Below, in pieces: positions 16,273 through 26,796 of a stretch of DNA of 64,000 nucleotides. The first letter of the stretch is position 1. Each line of letters opens with the position of its first letter. The notes beneath the pieces were generated by a model that did not search any database, was not told the origin of the DNA, and saw only the letters and a list, made by a program, of their open reading frames with translations. This DNA comes from a phage, in the sequence record PV805633.1. The stretch is one strand, 5' to 3'. The translations under genes were made by a program, and so were the position numbers.

Positions 16273-18837
16273 ATGTTAGTCGCAGATACCAATCAATCAG
16301 CCACTTCAGCGACACTGGGTGGCAAAGAAGCAATCGCCTTTGGCATCTCTGATGACCCGGCATTCTTTCACGTATTAAGTACTTCCTTATATAACAACCC
16401 TACACTGGCAGTAGTCCGTGAGACTATCTGTAATAGTTGGGATGCTCATATTGAAGCAGGTAAGACTGATACTCCTATCCGTATCACTATTGATACTGAC
16501 AATTTTATTACCTTCCGTGACTTCGGTAACGGGATACCAGATGAACTCATTGGTTCCATTTATGGCGTCTATGGTGCATCTACCAAGAAGTCCAACAGTA
16601 GTGTTACTGGTGGCTTTGGCCTGGGATGTAAATCCCCATTCGCTTATACAGATAGCTTCCAGGTTACTTCATGGAACCAGGGAAAGATGTCGGTATATAA
16701 CGTAGCTAAGGCTGCAATTGAGAATGATGGTAAACCGGGTATTGTTCCTATCGTTACTGGTATTCCTACTAAGGAATCTGGTCTGGAAGTTAAATTCCAG
16801 CTAGGTAAACATGATGTGAATACCTTTGTGCATTACATCACGTCAATTGTATTTAACGGTGAAATTAAGGCTGAGCTTAGTCTTCCCAAACTTGTTCGTG
16901 AAGAAACGGGTAATAGTATTCAGCAGGGTAACTATACTCTACTGAATACACTAGGTATGTCATTTGAACCTGGTTCATATGATATGTCTGATAGATGGTA
17001 TCAAGGATATATGAGTAGCAGTAACATCTTTGTTCGCTACGGTAACGTAATGTACCCAATAGTATCTAGCCCGGCTAGTGAAGAAGCTGTAGGTCTTATT
17101 CTCAACTTCATGAATATCATTGGAGCTGATAATTTAGTAGTTCAGGCTGCACCAAATACACTAGCGATTGCTCCTAGTCGTGAAACTCTGTCTAACCAGA
17201 AGTTAACCGACGACGGCATTACTGCTCTATGTGTAGACTTAGTAGACCGTATGGAGAAAGAGATTAAGGCTAAGATTCCTGAAGCTATTAAGCAGATTGA
17301 AGAATATGCCTCCCAATCTTCTACTCGTTACTGGGAATATCCATCTTTCTTGGGTGCTGTTACATACAGAACTGTTCAACGCTATATGTCCTCTAGCTTG
17401 TGGGCTAAGCAACGTAAGCATCATATTAAGCACTGGCGTAATCTATCCAATAAGGCATTACTAGCTCGCCCTGAATATGCAGGTCTTAAGAGAATGTATG
17501 GTAAGGCTATGCGTGCTCTTAAGGATACCCGTAAAGATAGTACCAACCATTCTTTCCAGGATTTGGTATATCGACATCTGCACTTACCTCAGCTTGCTGC
17601 TTTAAAAGCTACTGGTGTTAAGTGGTCTGGTTACATAATGAACCAGGGTAACAGTGTTGGCCTGGTAAAAGGTAAACTTACTGACTACTTTAAGATGGGC
17701 TATAACTCCCACCTAGGTATCGGTATATTCACTACCAAGAACGTTGTAGTTACCCGACGTTTCTCTGACTGTGCAGACTCTTTCTCATACTTCCCAGAGT
17801 ACAACCGAGGTGACCTGGAGCGTACAGCTTTTGTTCACGTCGTTGGTCCTAAGAAGGGAGAAGCAGAAAAAGCTGTAGCTAAGTTCACTGCTATGGGTTA
17901 TCGGGTAATTGACCTTACTCAATATAATGAGTGGGACAAGCCAACTAACTTCCGCAGGGAACAAGCTAAGTTAGCTGCCGAGAAGCGTGCTAAGACAATA
18001 GCTGCCAATAAAACCAAAGTAAGCGGTAAAACTAATGCACTGGTTTCATTGAATGCAGTACTTGGTACTACTCTTGTACGAGATAAAAGTGGTGATTTGG
18101 TAACTAAACCGGTCATTGACAAGGCTTTTGCTGACCCAGCACGCCATGAGAAGTATGGTTTCGTCGAAGTAGAACAGCCTAAGTACTACGTACCAGCCAG
18201 TCAGGTTGTTTCTGGTAGACCAGAAACTGCCAAGATTGGAACCATGTGGAAATGGTATGAACTGTCTGATGAGATGAAAGCAGGAACTGTTGTCTGTCGT
18301 AATCAAATCGAAGTTAACAAAGCCAAACGTCGTGGGGCTATTCACATTGACGATATTCGTCTTAATGAATTGATGTCTGTTATTACCAGCAAGGGATTCA
18401 AGAAGTACGCCACTGAACAACGTAATGGTGTTCTTGAGTATCTTGATTTAAATGACAAAGAGTACTGTGAAATCCTCGATATTCTTGGACTAACATTCAA
18501 ACCATTACAGAGTCTGGTTCTTAAACCAGAGTATGAATGGGCATGTAACTTCCTAAGAAATCATTCAAGTAACAAAGATAAACTGGTTGAGATGGGCCTC
18601 ATTAAGTCAGTAGATGACTTGGAACCATATGTAAAGATGGTTAATCCTCGTATGCATAAGCATTTCAAAGTACTTAACGAGTACAAAGGGTTATTTAGAT
18701 ATAGCTGGAATGATAATGACATCCTGCAAAGCCTGGATTTGAGTAGATTAATCAAACATCTCAAGAAAAATCCGGAGGATATTCCTGGATTTAAGTCCCT
18801 CTACCGTAATCGTCTAAATAAACTGAAAGGTAACTAA
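16273..18837 (+). CDS. rIIA: rIIA-like protein
   Basis: 854 aa; N-terminal GHKL/HATPase-like motifs (NSWDAH, DFGNGIP, GGFGLGCKS); directly precedes an rIIB-sized gene. Confidence 0.6.
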   Translation: MLVADTNQSATSATLGGKEAIAFGISDDPAFFHVLSTSLYNNPTLAVVRETICNSWDAHIEAGKTDTPIRITIDTDNFITFRDFGNGIPDELIGSIYGVYGASTKKSNSSVTGGFGLGCKSPFAYTDSFQVTSWNQGKMSVYNVAKAAIENDGKPGIVPIVTGIPTKESGLEVKFQLGKHDVNTFVHYITSIVFNGEIKAELSLPKLVREETGNSIQQGNYTLLNTLGMSFEPGSYDMSDRWYQGYMSSSNIFVRYGNVMYPIVSSPASEEAVGLILNFMNIIGADNLVVQAAPNTLAIAPSRETLSNQKLTDDGITALCVDLVDRMEKEIKAKIPEAIKQIEEYASQSSTRYWEYPSFLGAVTYRTVQRYMSSSLWAKQRKHHIKHWRNLSNKALLARPEYAGLKRMYGKAMRALKDTRKDSTNHSFQDLVYRHLHLPQLAALKATGVKWSGYIMNQGNSVGLVKGKLTDYFKMGYNSHLGIGIFTTKNVVVTRRFSDCADSFSYFPEYNRGDLERTAFVHVVGPKKGEAEKAVAKFTAMGYRVIDLTQYNEWDKPTNFRREQAKLAAEKRAKTIAANKTKVSGKTNALVSLNAVLGTTLVRDKSGDLVTKPVIDKAFADPARHEKYGFVEVEQPKYYVPASQVVSGRPETAKIGTMWKWYELSDEMKAGTVVCRNQIEVNKAKRRGAIHIDDIRLNELMSVITSKGFKKYATEQRNGVLEYLDLNDKEYCEILDILGLTFKPLQSLVLKPEYEWACNFLRNHSSNKDKLVEMGLIKSVDDLEPYVKMVNPRMHKHFKVLNEYKGLFRYSWNDNDILQSLDLSRLIKHLKKNPEDIPGFKSLYRNRLNKLKGN

Positions 18838-18841
18838 TCTG

Positions 18842-20893
18842 ATGAAAATCGAACTGATTTCTATCATCGCACTGGCAGTTGACAGTCGTAACCTTACACT
18901 GTGGAAGCCAGATGGCTCTACGGTTGTATACCCTCAGAGCGACCCACGGGTTGCTCGTATTGTATCTGAAGCACAGACTAAAGGTCTGGGCACTACCCAG
19001 GATCAAATAGAAGTAAACATTGCACCAGAAGTAGAACTTCGTACTGAATACCTGGAAGCAGAGAAAAACACCAACGGATTCGTTCGTTTCTTTAAGGTAG
19101 CTAAAGCTAAACTCAAAGAGTTCTTCGAAGATGGTACGGGTGTTTCACCAGCCCGTATCGTCTCAGATATTAAGCTAGGTAATCCTACTAAGACGCTGGT
19201 GTCTAAAGCTATGGATACCTACCTGGCTATTCAGGCTAATGAACCAGAAGTAACAGTAGCAGATGGTTACTACGACAAACGTGACAATCTGATGTGGGTT
19301 ACTGGTTGGGATAAAGACCATAACCATCTTGCACTGGTTCGTTTTATTAACGACGTACTTTGTTGGAGTCATAAGCATACTGATCATATTCTTGCACAGG
19401 AGTGGCCTATTGCAATTCGTGCAGTATCCGATGATGAAATGGGTGAGTTTGCTAAACAAGCCCAATACATCAAAGGTGTACACATTGTATTTACCAACCG
19501 TGGGGAAACACCACTGCCTTATGTGGAAGTGGTTAAAACTACGAACCAGGATAAGCTGGCTGCTGCTTCAGAGAAGCTGGCTGCATTAGGTGCTATCAGT
19601 ACCGATGATGCTAACTTCCATACTGATGTGAAGGAAGACGAGGTGGTTGTTGCTGTTACCAATAGTGGGGTTATCCCTGGAGTTGAGAACCTGCAACGTC
19701 ATCTACGTCAGTCTGCCAAGCTGAAAGACTATAAGGGCTTTACCAAGTTCCTTGAGCGTCTGGCTCCGGTTATCAAAGACCGTCTGCACTCAGTGGAAGA
19801 CCTGATGAAGTTCATGGAAACTGCTGAACTGCCTATCGCTGATGATGGCTCCATCCTGTTTCTGAAACGACTTAAGATCAAAGGCGAAGAAAATGGTAAA
19901 CGTGTATTCGTTGACTGTCACTCAGGCAACATCCGTCAATGGGTAGGCTGTAAAGTACAGGTACGAGAAGACCTGGTAGACCCTGACCGTCGTCGGGACT
20001 GCTCCAATGGCCTGCACGTAGCATCCATGAGCTACATCCGCACCTTCGGTGGTAACGTAACTATCCTAGGTAAAGTAGCACCAGAAGATGTATTTGCTGT
20101 TCCTGAGTACAACACTAATAAGATGCGTGTAGCTGCGTATCACATTATTGCTGAACTACCGGAAGAGGAACGTTGCAACGTTAACAATGGTATCTATCTG
20201 TCTAATACAGAAGTAGGTAAGAAGTTACTTAATGATGCCATCGTTGGGAACCATAGTTCACCTACCACACTTGTTATGGTTGGCGGACATCGTGGCACTA
20301 ACCTCAAATACACCAATCTATCATCTGGTTCCGTAGAACAATTCCGTACAGTTGCTAATAAAGAGGCACTGAATATGGAAGAGTCACTGAATGAAGCTTT
20401 AGCTGCTGAACCAGTGAAGGCTACTGACCTTAAACCTATTGTTAATAAGGCTCCTACCGTGAAAGAACAAATCCAGGAACTGATTAAAGAGTTCCTTAAC
20501 GCAACTACTCCGGAAGATAAATTAGCTGCTGCTGACTTACTTGTGGAAATGCGAGGTAAGGCTCGTAAGCCATGGGCTGCTTTAGGTGTTGGTTCTGATG
20601 TGGTGGCTAAGATTGCTGATGTACGTACAACCTACACAGCTAAACCTATTGGCAAACCAAAACCAGTGAAGCAAGCTAAGGTTCATCGCTCGGCTACTGC
20701 CACTAAGGTAGCACCGTCAGGTAAACACGCTGATAACCTGCGTAGCATCCTGAACGATACGTCCTACTCTGACTATCAGAAAGGTCATGCTCTGCAAGAC
20801 TATAAGCGTCATGCTAAGAAGTCATTCACTGCAATGGGACTGACAGAAGAAGAAGCTAAGTTGGCTACCAAGCTGGTCAAGGCCGTTAAGTAA
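18842..20893 (+). CDS. rIIB: rIIB-like protein
   Basis: 683 aa immediately downstream of rIIA-like gene; assignment by position and size. Confidence 0.45.
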   Translation: MKIELISIIALAVDSRNLTLWKPDGSTVVYPQSDPRVARIVSEAQTKGLGTTQDQIEVNIAPEVELRTEYLEAEKNTNGFVRFFKVAKAKLKEFFEDGTGVSPARIVSDIKLGNPTKTLVSKAMDTYLAIQANEPEVTVADGYYDKRDNLMWVTGWDKDHNHLALVRFINDVLCWSHKHTDHILAQEWPIAIRAVSDDEMGEFAKQAQYIKGVHIVFTNRGETPLPYVEVVKTTNQDKLAAASEKLAALGAISTDDANFHTDVKEDEVVVAVTNSGVIPGVENLQRHLRQSAKLKDYKGFTKFLERLAPVIKDRLHSVEDLMKFMETAELPIADDGSILFLKRLKIKGEENGKRVFVDCHSGNIRQWVGCKVQVREDLVDPDRRRDCSNGLHVASMSYIRTFGGNVTILGKVAPEDVFAVPEYNTNKMRVAAYHIIAELPEEERCNVNNGIYLSNTEVGKKLLNDAIVGNHSSPTTLVMVGGHRGTNLKYTNLSSGSVEQFRTVANKEALNMEESLNEALAAEPVKATDLKPIVNKAPTVKEQIQELIKEFLNATTPEDKLAAADLLVEMRGKARKPWAALGVGSDVVAKIADVRTTYTAKPIGKPKPVKQAKVHRSATATKVAPSGKHADNLRSILNDTSYSDYQKGHALQDYKRHAKKSFTAMGLTEEEAKLATKLVKAVK

Positions 20894-20908
20894 TAGCCTG
20901 TTCAAATG

Positions 20909-20940
20909 CCCTCACTTATAATAAAGTGAGGGTAAATTTG
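20909..20940 (+). terminator. terminator-like hairpin
   Basis: CCCTCACTT-loop-AAGTGAGGG followed by TAAATTT. Confidence 0.4.
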
Positions 20941-20955
20941 AAGAGGAAATGTACT

Positions 20956-21351
20956 ATGAGTTCTGTATACAGAGTTAATCGCAAAGCAACTGATGAAGAC
21001 ATCATTCGTATGAATGCTGTTGGTCTATCCCTCGCAACTATCGCTAAGACGTTGGGGGTTCACCCCACTACGGTTACTTTGCGATTGCGTTCTTTAAACA
21101 TTGAACCAGCCGACACACGTCGGACGTTCATGGAGAATGTACTCCGTCCATTACCAACCCATGTGGTAGATTGGCTATCAGAGCAAGTTGGTCCTGCTTA
21201 TGAGATTCGTTCATATGTAAGGGACTTGATTCTGGAGGCATATAATAATCGCCACCTTAACCAAGAGAGTGAGCATGACAAGTTCATCCGTTTGTACGCT
21301 GGAAAACACACGGCAATGGTTTCTAAAAGCCGTACCAAATCCGACGAGTAA
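20956..21351 (+). CDS. HTH DNA-binding protein
   Basis: GLSLATIAKTLGVHPTTV helix-turn-helix; start set at MSSVY after GAGGAAA. Confidence 0.5.
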   Translation: MSSVYRVNRKATDEDIIRMNAVGLSLATIAKTLGVHPTTVTLRLRSLNIEPADTRRTFMENVLRPLPTHVVDWLSEQVGPAYEIRSYVRDLILEAYNNRHLNQESEHDKFIRLYAGKHTAMVSKSRTKSDE

Positions 21352-21736
21352 GAATATTAGTACCCAGATTGGTTGCCATCTGGAAGAAGTATGTGAAATG
21401 TTAGACGAGTTAACTCCTTCATGCGAAGAAAGTATGCAGGTATTAGCTGAAGCACAATCTGCTTTAAGTAAACTGTCCTTACTCATGAAAACAAATCACA
21501 CAGCTGTTTTCCCAGAAGATGCCAATCGTTTGGCTCTCCTGGATGCACTGGCAGATCAGATTGTTACAGCAACTGGCGTCGGTACTTTTCTTGGGATGAA
21601 TGTCCCTGGAGCATTGGCTGAAGTCAATCGCTCAAACTATTCCAAGTTCGAAGATGGGGAACCTATCTTCAACGAGAATAAGAAAGTCATGAAGGGGAAA
21701 GATTATACTCCCCCTGATTTAACACCTTACATCTAA
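21275..21736 (+). CDS. MazG-like nucleotide pyrophosphohydrolase, tentative
   Basis: QWFLKAVPNPT...HLEEVCEMLDEL resembles the MazG EExxE region; overlaps upstream gene by about 77 nt in another frame. Confidence 0.35.
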   Translation: MTSSSVCTLENTRQWFLKAVPNPTSKNISTQIGCHLEEVCEMLDELTPSCEESMQVLAEAQSALSKLSLLMKTNHTAVFPEDANRLALLDALADQIVTATGVGTFLGMNVPGALAEVNRSNYSKFEDGEPIFNENKKVMKGKDYTPPDLTPYI

Positions 21737-21757
21737 CCCTCTACGGAGGGTTTTTTA
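21737..21757 (+). terminator. rho-independent terminator
   Basis: CCCTC-TACG-GAGGG followed by TTTTTT. Confidence 0.65.
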
Positions 21758-21769
21758 CTGGAGATTTAA

Positions 21770-23080
21770 ATGTTTTCCAAACCTACCAAAGCCCCATTGA
21801 ACCAGGGGCAAGAAGCGGTTGCGAAGGAGTTCTTCGACTTCCTGCTCGACCCTAATGCCACAGAGTTCGGAATCAGTGGACCTGGAGGGACTGGTAAGAC
21901 ATTCCTGATGTCGCACCTAATTGATGACACTATGCCTGCGTATATGGAAACCTGTTCTCTGATGGGAACCAAGCCTCTGTATAACGAAGTTGTCATGACT
22001 GCGACCACGAACAAAGCTGCTGAAGTTCTGGCTCAAGCTACTGGGCGTCCAACGTCTACCTATCACTCCTTCCAGGGACTGATTGTTAAGAATGACTTTA
22101 AGACTGGTGAGGCTAATGTCGTACCGTCTAAGTCATTCTCTATTAAGAAGAACAAAATCATCTTCGTAGACGAAGCATCCATGATTGACCGTCAGTTACT
22201 TAAGTATGCTCGTGAAGGTACTCACCAGTGCAAACTGGTATTCGTAGGTGATGCTTCTCAGCTTCTACCTGTTAAAGAGAGTAAGTCTCCAGTGTACGCA
22301 GGTAATATCCCAACACACTATCTGACTGAACAGATGCGTACCGATTCACCAGAACTCAAAGCGTTGCATCAGCAATTGCGTGATACGGTGGAAGGTAAGA
22401 CAGGCTTCCTGCCTATTAAATGTATTCCAGGCATTATTGACTGGGTGCAAGGAGAAGAGATGGAGAAACTGGTTCTCAGTCACTTCACTCAGCCTACCAA
22501 TAGCCGCATTGTTGCTTACACCAATGACCAGGTTATTAATTACAATAACTACATTCGTGAAGCTAACGGCTACGTAGGTGAATACTCCATTGGTGAGCAG
22601 CTAGTCTCTAACTCAGCTGTTCGCTTGGGCGTGGATGACCGTCTGTCTATCGAGCAGGACGTAAAACTCATCGACCAGGATAGTAGTACTCGAATGATTA
22701 AGGTTACAGGTGACCTGGAACTGGAAGTCCGTGATAGTACTCTAGACCTTGGTTATGGTGGTATTGTTAGTGAAGTACCAGTTCCTACCGACCCAGACTA
22801 CTTCAACCGTTTGGTTAAGTGGTTAGGTAAAGAGAAGAACTGGGAACCTTACTTCCGCCTTAAAGAAACCATTCCAGACCTACGTGCTACTCATGCATGT
22901 ACTGTTCATAAATCACAAGGCTCTACTTATGACACAATCTTCATTGATGCAGATGACCTCTCAAGCTGTCGCCAACCAGATATGGTTGCTCGTCTGCTTT
23001 ACGTCGCTGTGTCTCGTGCCCGTAAGCGAGTAGTGTTCTATGGCAATCTTGCCAGTAAGTACGGTGGCCTAACTTTCTAA
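21770..23080 (+). CDS. SF1 DNA helicase (Dda/RecD-like)
   Basis: Walker A GPGGTGKT; Walker B IFVDEASM; motif VI LLYVAVSRARKRV. Confidence 0.75.
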   Translation: MFSKPTKAPLNQGQEAVAKEFFDFLLDPNATEFGISGPGGTGKTFLMSHLIDDTMPAYMETCSLMGTKPLYNEVVMTATTNKAAEVLAQATGRPTSTYHSFQGLIVKNDFKTGEANVVPSKSFSIKKNKIIFVDEASMIDRQLLKYAREGTHQCKLVFVGDASQLLPVKESKSPVYAGNIPTHYLTEQMRTDSPELKALHQQLRDTVEGKTGFLPIKCIPGIIDWVQGEEMEKLVLSHFTQPTNSRIVAYTNDQVINYNNYIREANGYVGEYSIGEQLVSNSAVRLGVDDRLSIEQDVKLIDQDSSTRMIKVTGDLELEVRDSTLDLGYGGIVSEVPVPTDPDYFNRLVKWLGKEKNWEPYFRLKETIPDLRATHACTVHKSQGSTYDTIFIDADDLSSCRQPDMVARLLYVAVSRARKRVVFYGNLASKYGGLTF

Positions 23081-23090
23081 GGGAGGGTAT

Positions 23091-23621
23091 ATGCCTCAGA
23101 TTGGTTCAGCGACTATTGGTCAGGTTGCCAATAGCAGTGAGATAGTCAAACACCTGTTCTTAGCAGAACTGGTTCGTCTTGATGGTGTGTTAAATGGCAT
23201 TATTGATAAGAATGATCGTATCAATGGCGTAGACGTATCGGCTGGATTCCTTCACCAAGGGGAGTTCTATCAGCGTTCCAATGCTACCAGACCCCCAACC
23301 TACGGTGAGCGATTAACGCTTAATCCAGAACTTTGGCCTGCAATGGACAAGTATCTGAAAGCCTCCAGTCGTCTGATTATGGAAGTACACCTTGTGAACC
23401 AGACTGTATATCGACTGGTTCGTGGTTGTATGTCCTATCAGGATGTACGTGATGCTCTACCTGAATGCCTGGTAGCACAAGACCAGACTGGTCAGTACAA
23501 AGGACTACCACGTACTCGTGAAGCAGCATGGACTCTTGCTGGTGATGCTATGGCAATCAAACAGTATGAGAAGATTCTTCCTTCTATTGAGTACTATGCA
23601 GCTTCACATCTGATCTTCTAA
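23091..23621 (+). CDS. hypothetical protein
   Basis: ORF track. Confidence 0.5.
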   Translation: MPQIGSATIGQVANSSEIVKHLFLAELVRLDGVLNGIIDKNDRINGVDVSAGFLHQGEFYQRSNATRPPTYGERLTLNPELWPAMDKYLKASSRLIMEVHLVNQTVYRLVRGCMSYQDVRDALPECLVAQDQTGQYKGLPRTREAAWTLAGDAMAIKQYEKILPSIEYYAASHLIF

Positions 23622-23630
23622 GGTAAAGCT

Positions 23631-26210
23631 ATGCGTTACATCACCTCTCAGGATACTGGCAAGTATCCTATTGCTATCCTCGGTCATCAAATCCGAAGGG
23701 AGGAGATGATTAAAACCTACCTGCTGCCTTATGACCTAAGCATGGAAGATTTCATCTTCCTTGAACTTCATTCTGCCCCAGGCAAAAAGAAGACCCCTGC
23801 AAGGGAGATTAAGGAGTTCATTCAGCAGGAACTGCAACAAGTACTGGATGATGCAGAGACTCAATACATTATCTGTACCGATTCTGACTACTTTAAAATA
23901 CTGACTAAGGAAGCTAAAGCAGAAGCTAACCTCGGCTATGTTTGTGATTCGGTATGGGGTAAGCAGAAGGTTATCTATACACCCAGCTACAGACAGGTCT
24001 TCTACGACCCACCTGTAGTAAAGGCCAAGATTGCTCAGGGTATGGATGCATTACTTAACCACATCCGGGGACAGTATGCTGAACCAGGGCAGGGAATAAT
24101 TGAGTTTGAAGCCTACCCAGATACACCCGAAAAGATTAAAGCCTGGTTGGACCAGTTGCTTGAGATGAATAAGCCTCTGGCTATAGACATCGAATCGTTC
24201 GGTTTAAAGCACTATAACGCAGGTATAGGAACGATTACATTCTGTTGGAGTAAGACACAAGGCATAGCCTTTAATGTGGACTACGAGCCAATTAAGGGGG
24301 CTACTGAAGCTCCTTATGGGCGTATCAACAGGAATGATGTTGTTCGTAACCTGTTACGTGAGTTCTTCATTAAGTACACTCAACGGCAGATGTATCACAA
24401 CATTAGCTATGACGTGTACATACTTATCTATCAGTTATTCATGGATAACCTGATTGATACAGAAGGCTTACTGCATGGCATGGAAATCATGCTACGTAAC
24501 TGGGACTGTACTAAGTTAATCACCTACCTGGCTACTAACAGTTGTGCCGGTAATCATCTTAGCCTGAAAGATCAGGCTCAGGAATATGCTGGTAACTATG
24601 CTCAGGATGATATTAAAGACATACGTCTTATTCCTAATGAGCAACTGTTACGCTACAACCTCATTGATGGTTTGTGTACGTGGTACACCTACGAGAAGCA
24701 CTGGGATACTCTCATTGCTGATGACCAACTGGATGTTTACAACAACATCTTTAAACCAGCCTGTGAAGACATTATTCAGATGCAGTTAACCGGTATGCCC
24801 ATGAACATGGAAACCGTTAACCAAGTGGCTGAAGAGATGGAAACTGACAGGAACCAGGCTCTGAAAACTATTCGTGAGTCTAAGCTCATGAAGAATTTCA
24901 CCCTGATGCTTCGTCAGGAATGGGTAGACGATAAGAATGCTAAGCTGAAGAAGAAACAAGTAACACTTGCAGATTGTGACATCGAGTTTAATCCTAACTC
25001 CGGTCCTCAATTACAGAAGCTGTTATTTGATTATATTGGCTTACCAGTCCTTGGTCTTACTAAGAGCAAGCAACCTGCTACTGACGGTGACACCATTAAA
25101 GCACTGCGCACACATACGCAGAGTGAAGATGTTAAGGAACTGCTCAATGCACTTATCGACTATAAACTCGTGGATAAGATCATCACTAGTTTTATACCAG
25201 CTTTCAGGAATGCCCAACCGGGGCCGGATGGCTGGCACTATCTGTTCGGAAACCTCAATCTGGGAGGCACAGTCTCCGGTAGGCTATCGGCTTCAGAGCC
25301 AAATCTACAAACAATTCCATCCGGCTCTAAATATGCCAAGAAGATTAAGAAATGCTTCGAAGGCCCTCCTGGCTGGATATTTTGCGGTTTGGACTTCGCC
25401 TCGCTGGAAGACAGAATCTCTGCACTAACCACTAAAGACCCGCAAAAGCTTAAGGTATATACCGATGGCTATGATGGTCATAGTCTCCGCGCATATGCTT
25501 ACTTCGGTGAGCAGATGCCAGACATAGTAGACACAGTTGAGTCAATCAATTCTATTCAGACGAAGTACAAGCACTTGCGTAGTGATTCTAAAGCCCCAAC
25601 CTTCTTGCTTACCTATGGTGGCACGTATATGGGCTTGATGAAAAACTGTGGCTTCTCAGAAGAGAAAGCTAAAACAACAGAGAAACGTTATCACGACCTC
25701 TATGTAGTTAGTGATGCGTGGGTTCAGGCTAAGCTAGATGAAGCTGCCAAGACTGGTTATGTAACTGCTGCATTTGGTTTGAGAGTGCGTACTCCTTTAC
25801 TGGCTCAGGTATTACGTGGGACATGTAAGACTCCATATGAAGCAGAAGCTGAAGGTAGAACTGCTGGTAATGCTTTAGGGCAAAGCTGGTGTCTACTGAA
25901 TAACCGTGCTGGTTCAGAGTTTATGCGTAAAGTCAGAGCCAGTGAGTTCAGATTAGATATACGTCCTAGTATTCACATTCATGATGCCCAGTACTTCATG
26001 ATTCGTGACAATATGGATACCTTGCAATTCACGAACAAGCACTTGGTTGAAGCCGTTAACTGGCAAGACCATCCTGATATTGCTCATCCAGAAGTTGGTT
26101 TGGGTGGGGAACTATCCTTGTTCTACCCAACGTGGGCTAACGAGATTGAGATTCCAAATCACGCTACCCCAGAAGAAGTTCATCAAATAATTCAAAAGGC
26201 ATTCGCATGA
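23631..26210 (+). CDS. family A DNA polymerase with 3-5 exonuclease domain
   Basis: AIDIESFGL (Exo I), LDFASLEDR (motif A), RSDSKAPTFLLTYGG (motif B), IHIHDAQ (motif C). Confidence 0.8.
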   Translation: MRYITSQDTGKYPIAILGHQIRREEMIKTYLLPYDLSMEDFIFLELHSAPGKKKTPAREIKEFIQQELQQVLDDAETQYIICTDSDYFKILTKEAKAEANLGYVCDSVWGKQKVIYTPSYRQVFYDPPVVKAKIAQGMDALLNHIRGQYAEPGQGIIEFEAYPDTPEKIKAWLDQLLEMNKPLAIDIESFGLKHYNAGIGTITFCWSKTQGIAFNVDYEPIKGATEAPYGRINRNDVVRNLLREFFIKYTQRQMYHNISYDVYILIYQLFMDNLIDTEGLLHGMEIMLRNWDCTKLITYLATNSCAGNHLSLKDQAQEYAGNYAQDDIKDIRLIPNEQLLRYNLIDGLCTWYTYEKHWDTLIADDQLDVYNNIFKPACEDIIQMQLTGMPMNMETVNQVAEEMETDRNQALKTIRESKLMKNFTLMLRQEWVDDKNAKLKKKQVTLADCDIEFNPNSGPQLQKLLFDYIGLPVLGLTKSKQPATDGDTIKALRTHTQSEDVKELLNALIDYKLVDKIITSFIPAFRNAQPGPDGWHYLFGNLNLGGTVSGRLSASEPNLQTIPSGSKYAKKIKKCFEGPPGWIFCGLDFASLEDRISALTTKDPQKLKVYTDGYDGHSLRAYAYFGEQMPDIVDTVESINSIQTKYKHLRSDSKAPTFLLTYGGTYMGLMKNCGFSEEKAKTTEKRYHDLYVVSDAWVQAKLDEAAKTGYVTAAFGLRVRTPLLAQVLRGTCKTPYEAEAEGRTAGNALGQSWCLLNNRAGSEFMRKVRASEFRLDIRPSIHIHDAQYFMIRDNMDTLQFTNKHLVEAVNWQDHPDIAHPEVGLGGELSLFYPTWANEIEIPNHATPEEVHQIIQKAFA

Positions 26211-26512
26211 CTAAAAGTACTAAAGAAACCGTCGTCAAAAAATATCATTGGATGGTGGCAGCACAGGTAATCTTCCAGCTTCCTAAAGCCGATGATGGTT
26301 CCCTGCTTACCATGAACACAATGCTGCTCACTGACGAACCTCATGTGACCTATAAAGATTTGGCCCGTGTCAATCACTCCCTGAAGATTAGTCTGGACCA
26401 GCGTTTCGACACCTCAGTTGACCTGAAAGACATTGTTTATCTGTCTATTAACAATCTGGGTCTGATGTCTGAACCAGAGTTCCAGGCAAACATGATTCCC
26501 AAGGGGGAATAA
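26207..26512 (+). CDS. hypothetical protein
   Basis: ORF track; start/stop coupling. Confidence 0.5.
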   Translation: MTKSTKETVVKKYHWMVAAQVIFQLPKADDGSLLTMNTMLLTDEPHVTYKDLARVNHSLKISLDQRFDTSVDLKDIVYLSINNLGLMSEPEFQANMIPKGE

Positions 26513-26796
26513 TGACTAAGCTCTCCGGTGGTCTTAATAACTACTATGTAGTTTTAATTAAAAATCCCCAACGGAAAGAGCAAGAGCCATATCAAGCAGA
26601 GTGTGAAGATATTATCCAAGCACTGGGCATGACCTTCGATGAAGGTTGTGCCTTTAAAGCTCTATGGCGAAATGCTGCTGCCCGTATGGGTAATGGTAAA
26701 CCAGGTAACTCTTCGGTGTACGACTCAGAGAAGATTGTGCATTATGCCAATCGAATATTGAAAAAGGCTTACAATGAAAGTAACCAACAACCATGA
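26512..26796 (+). CDS. hypothetical protein
   Basis: ORF track. Confidence 0.5.
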   Translation: MTKLSGGLNNYYVVLIKNPQRKEQEPYQAECEDIIQALGMTFDEGCAFKALWRNAAARMGNGKPGNSSVYDSEKIVHYANRILKKAYNESNQQP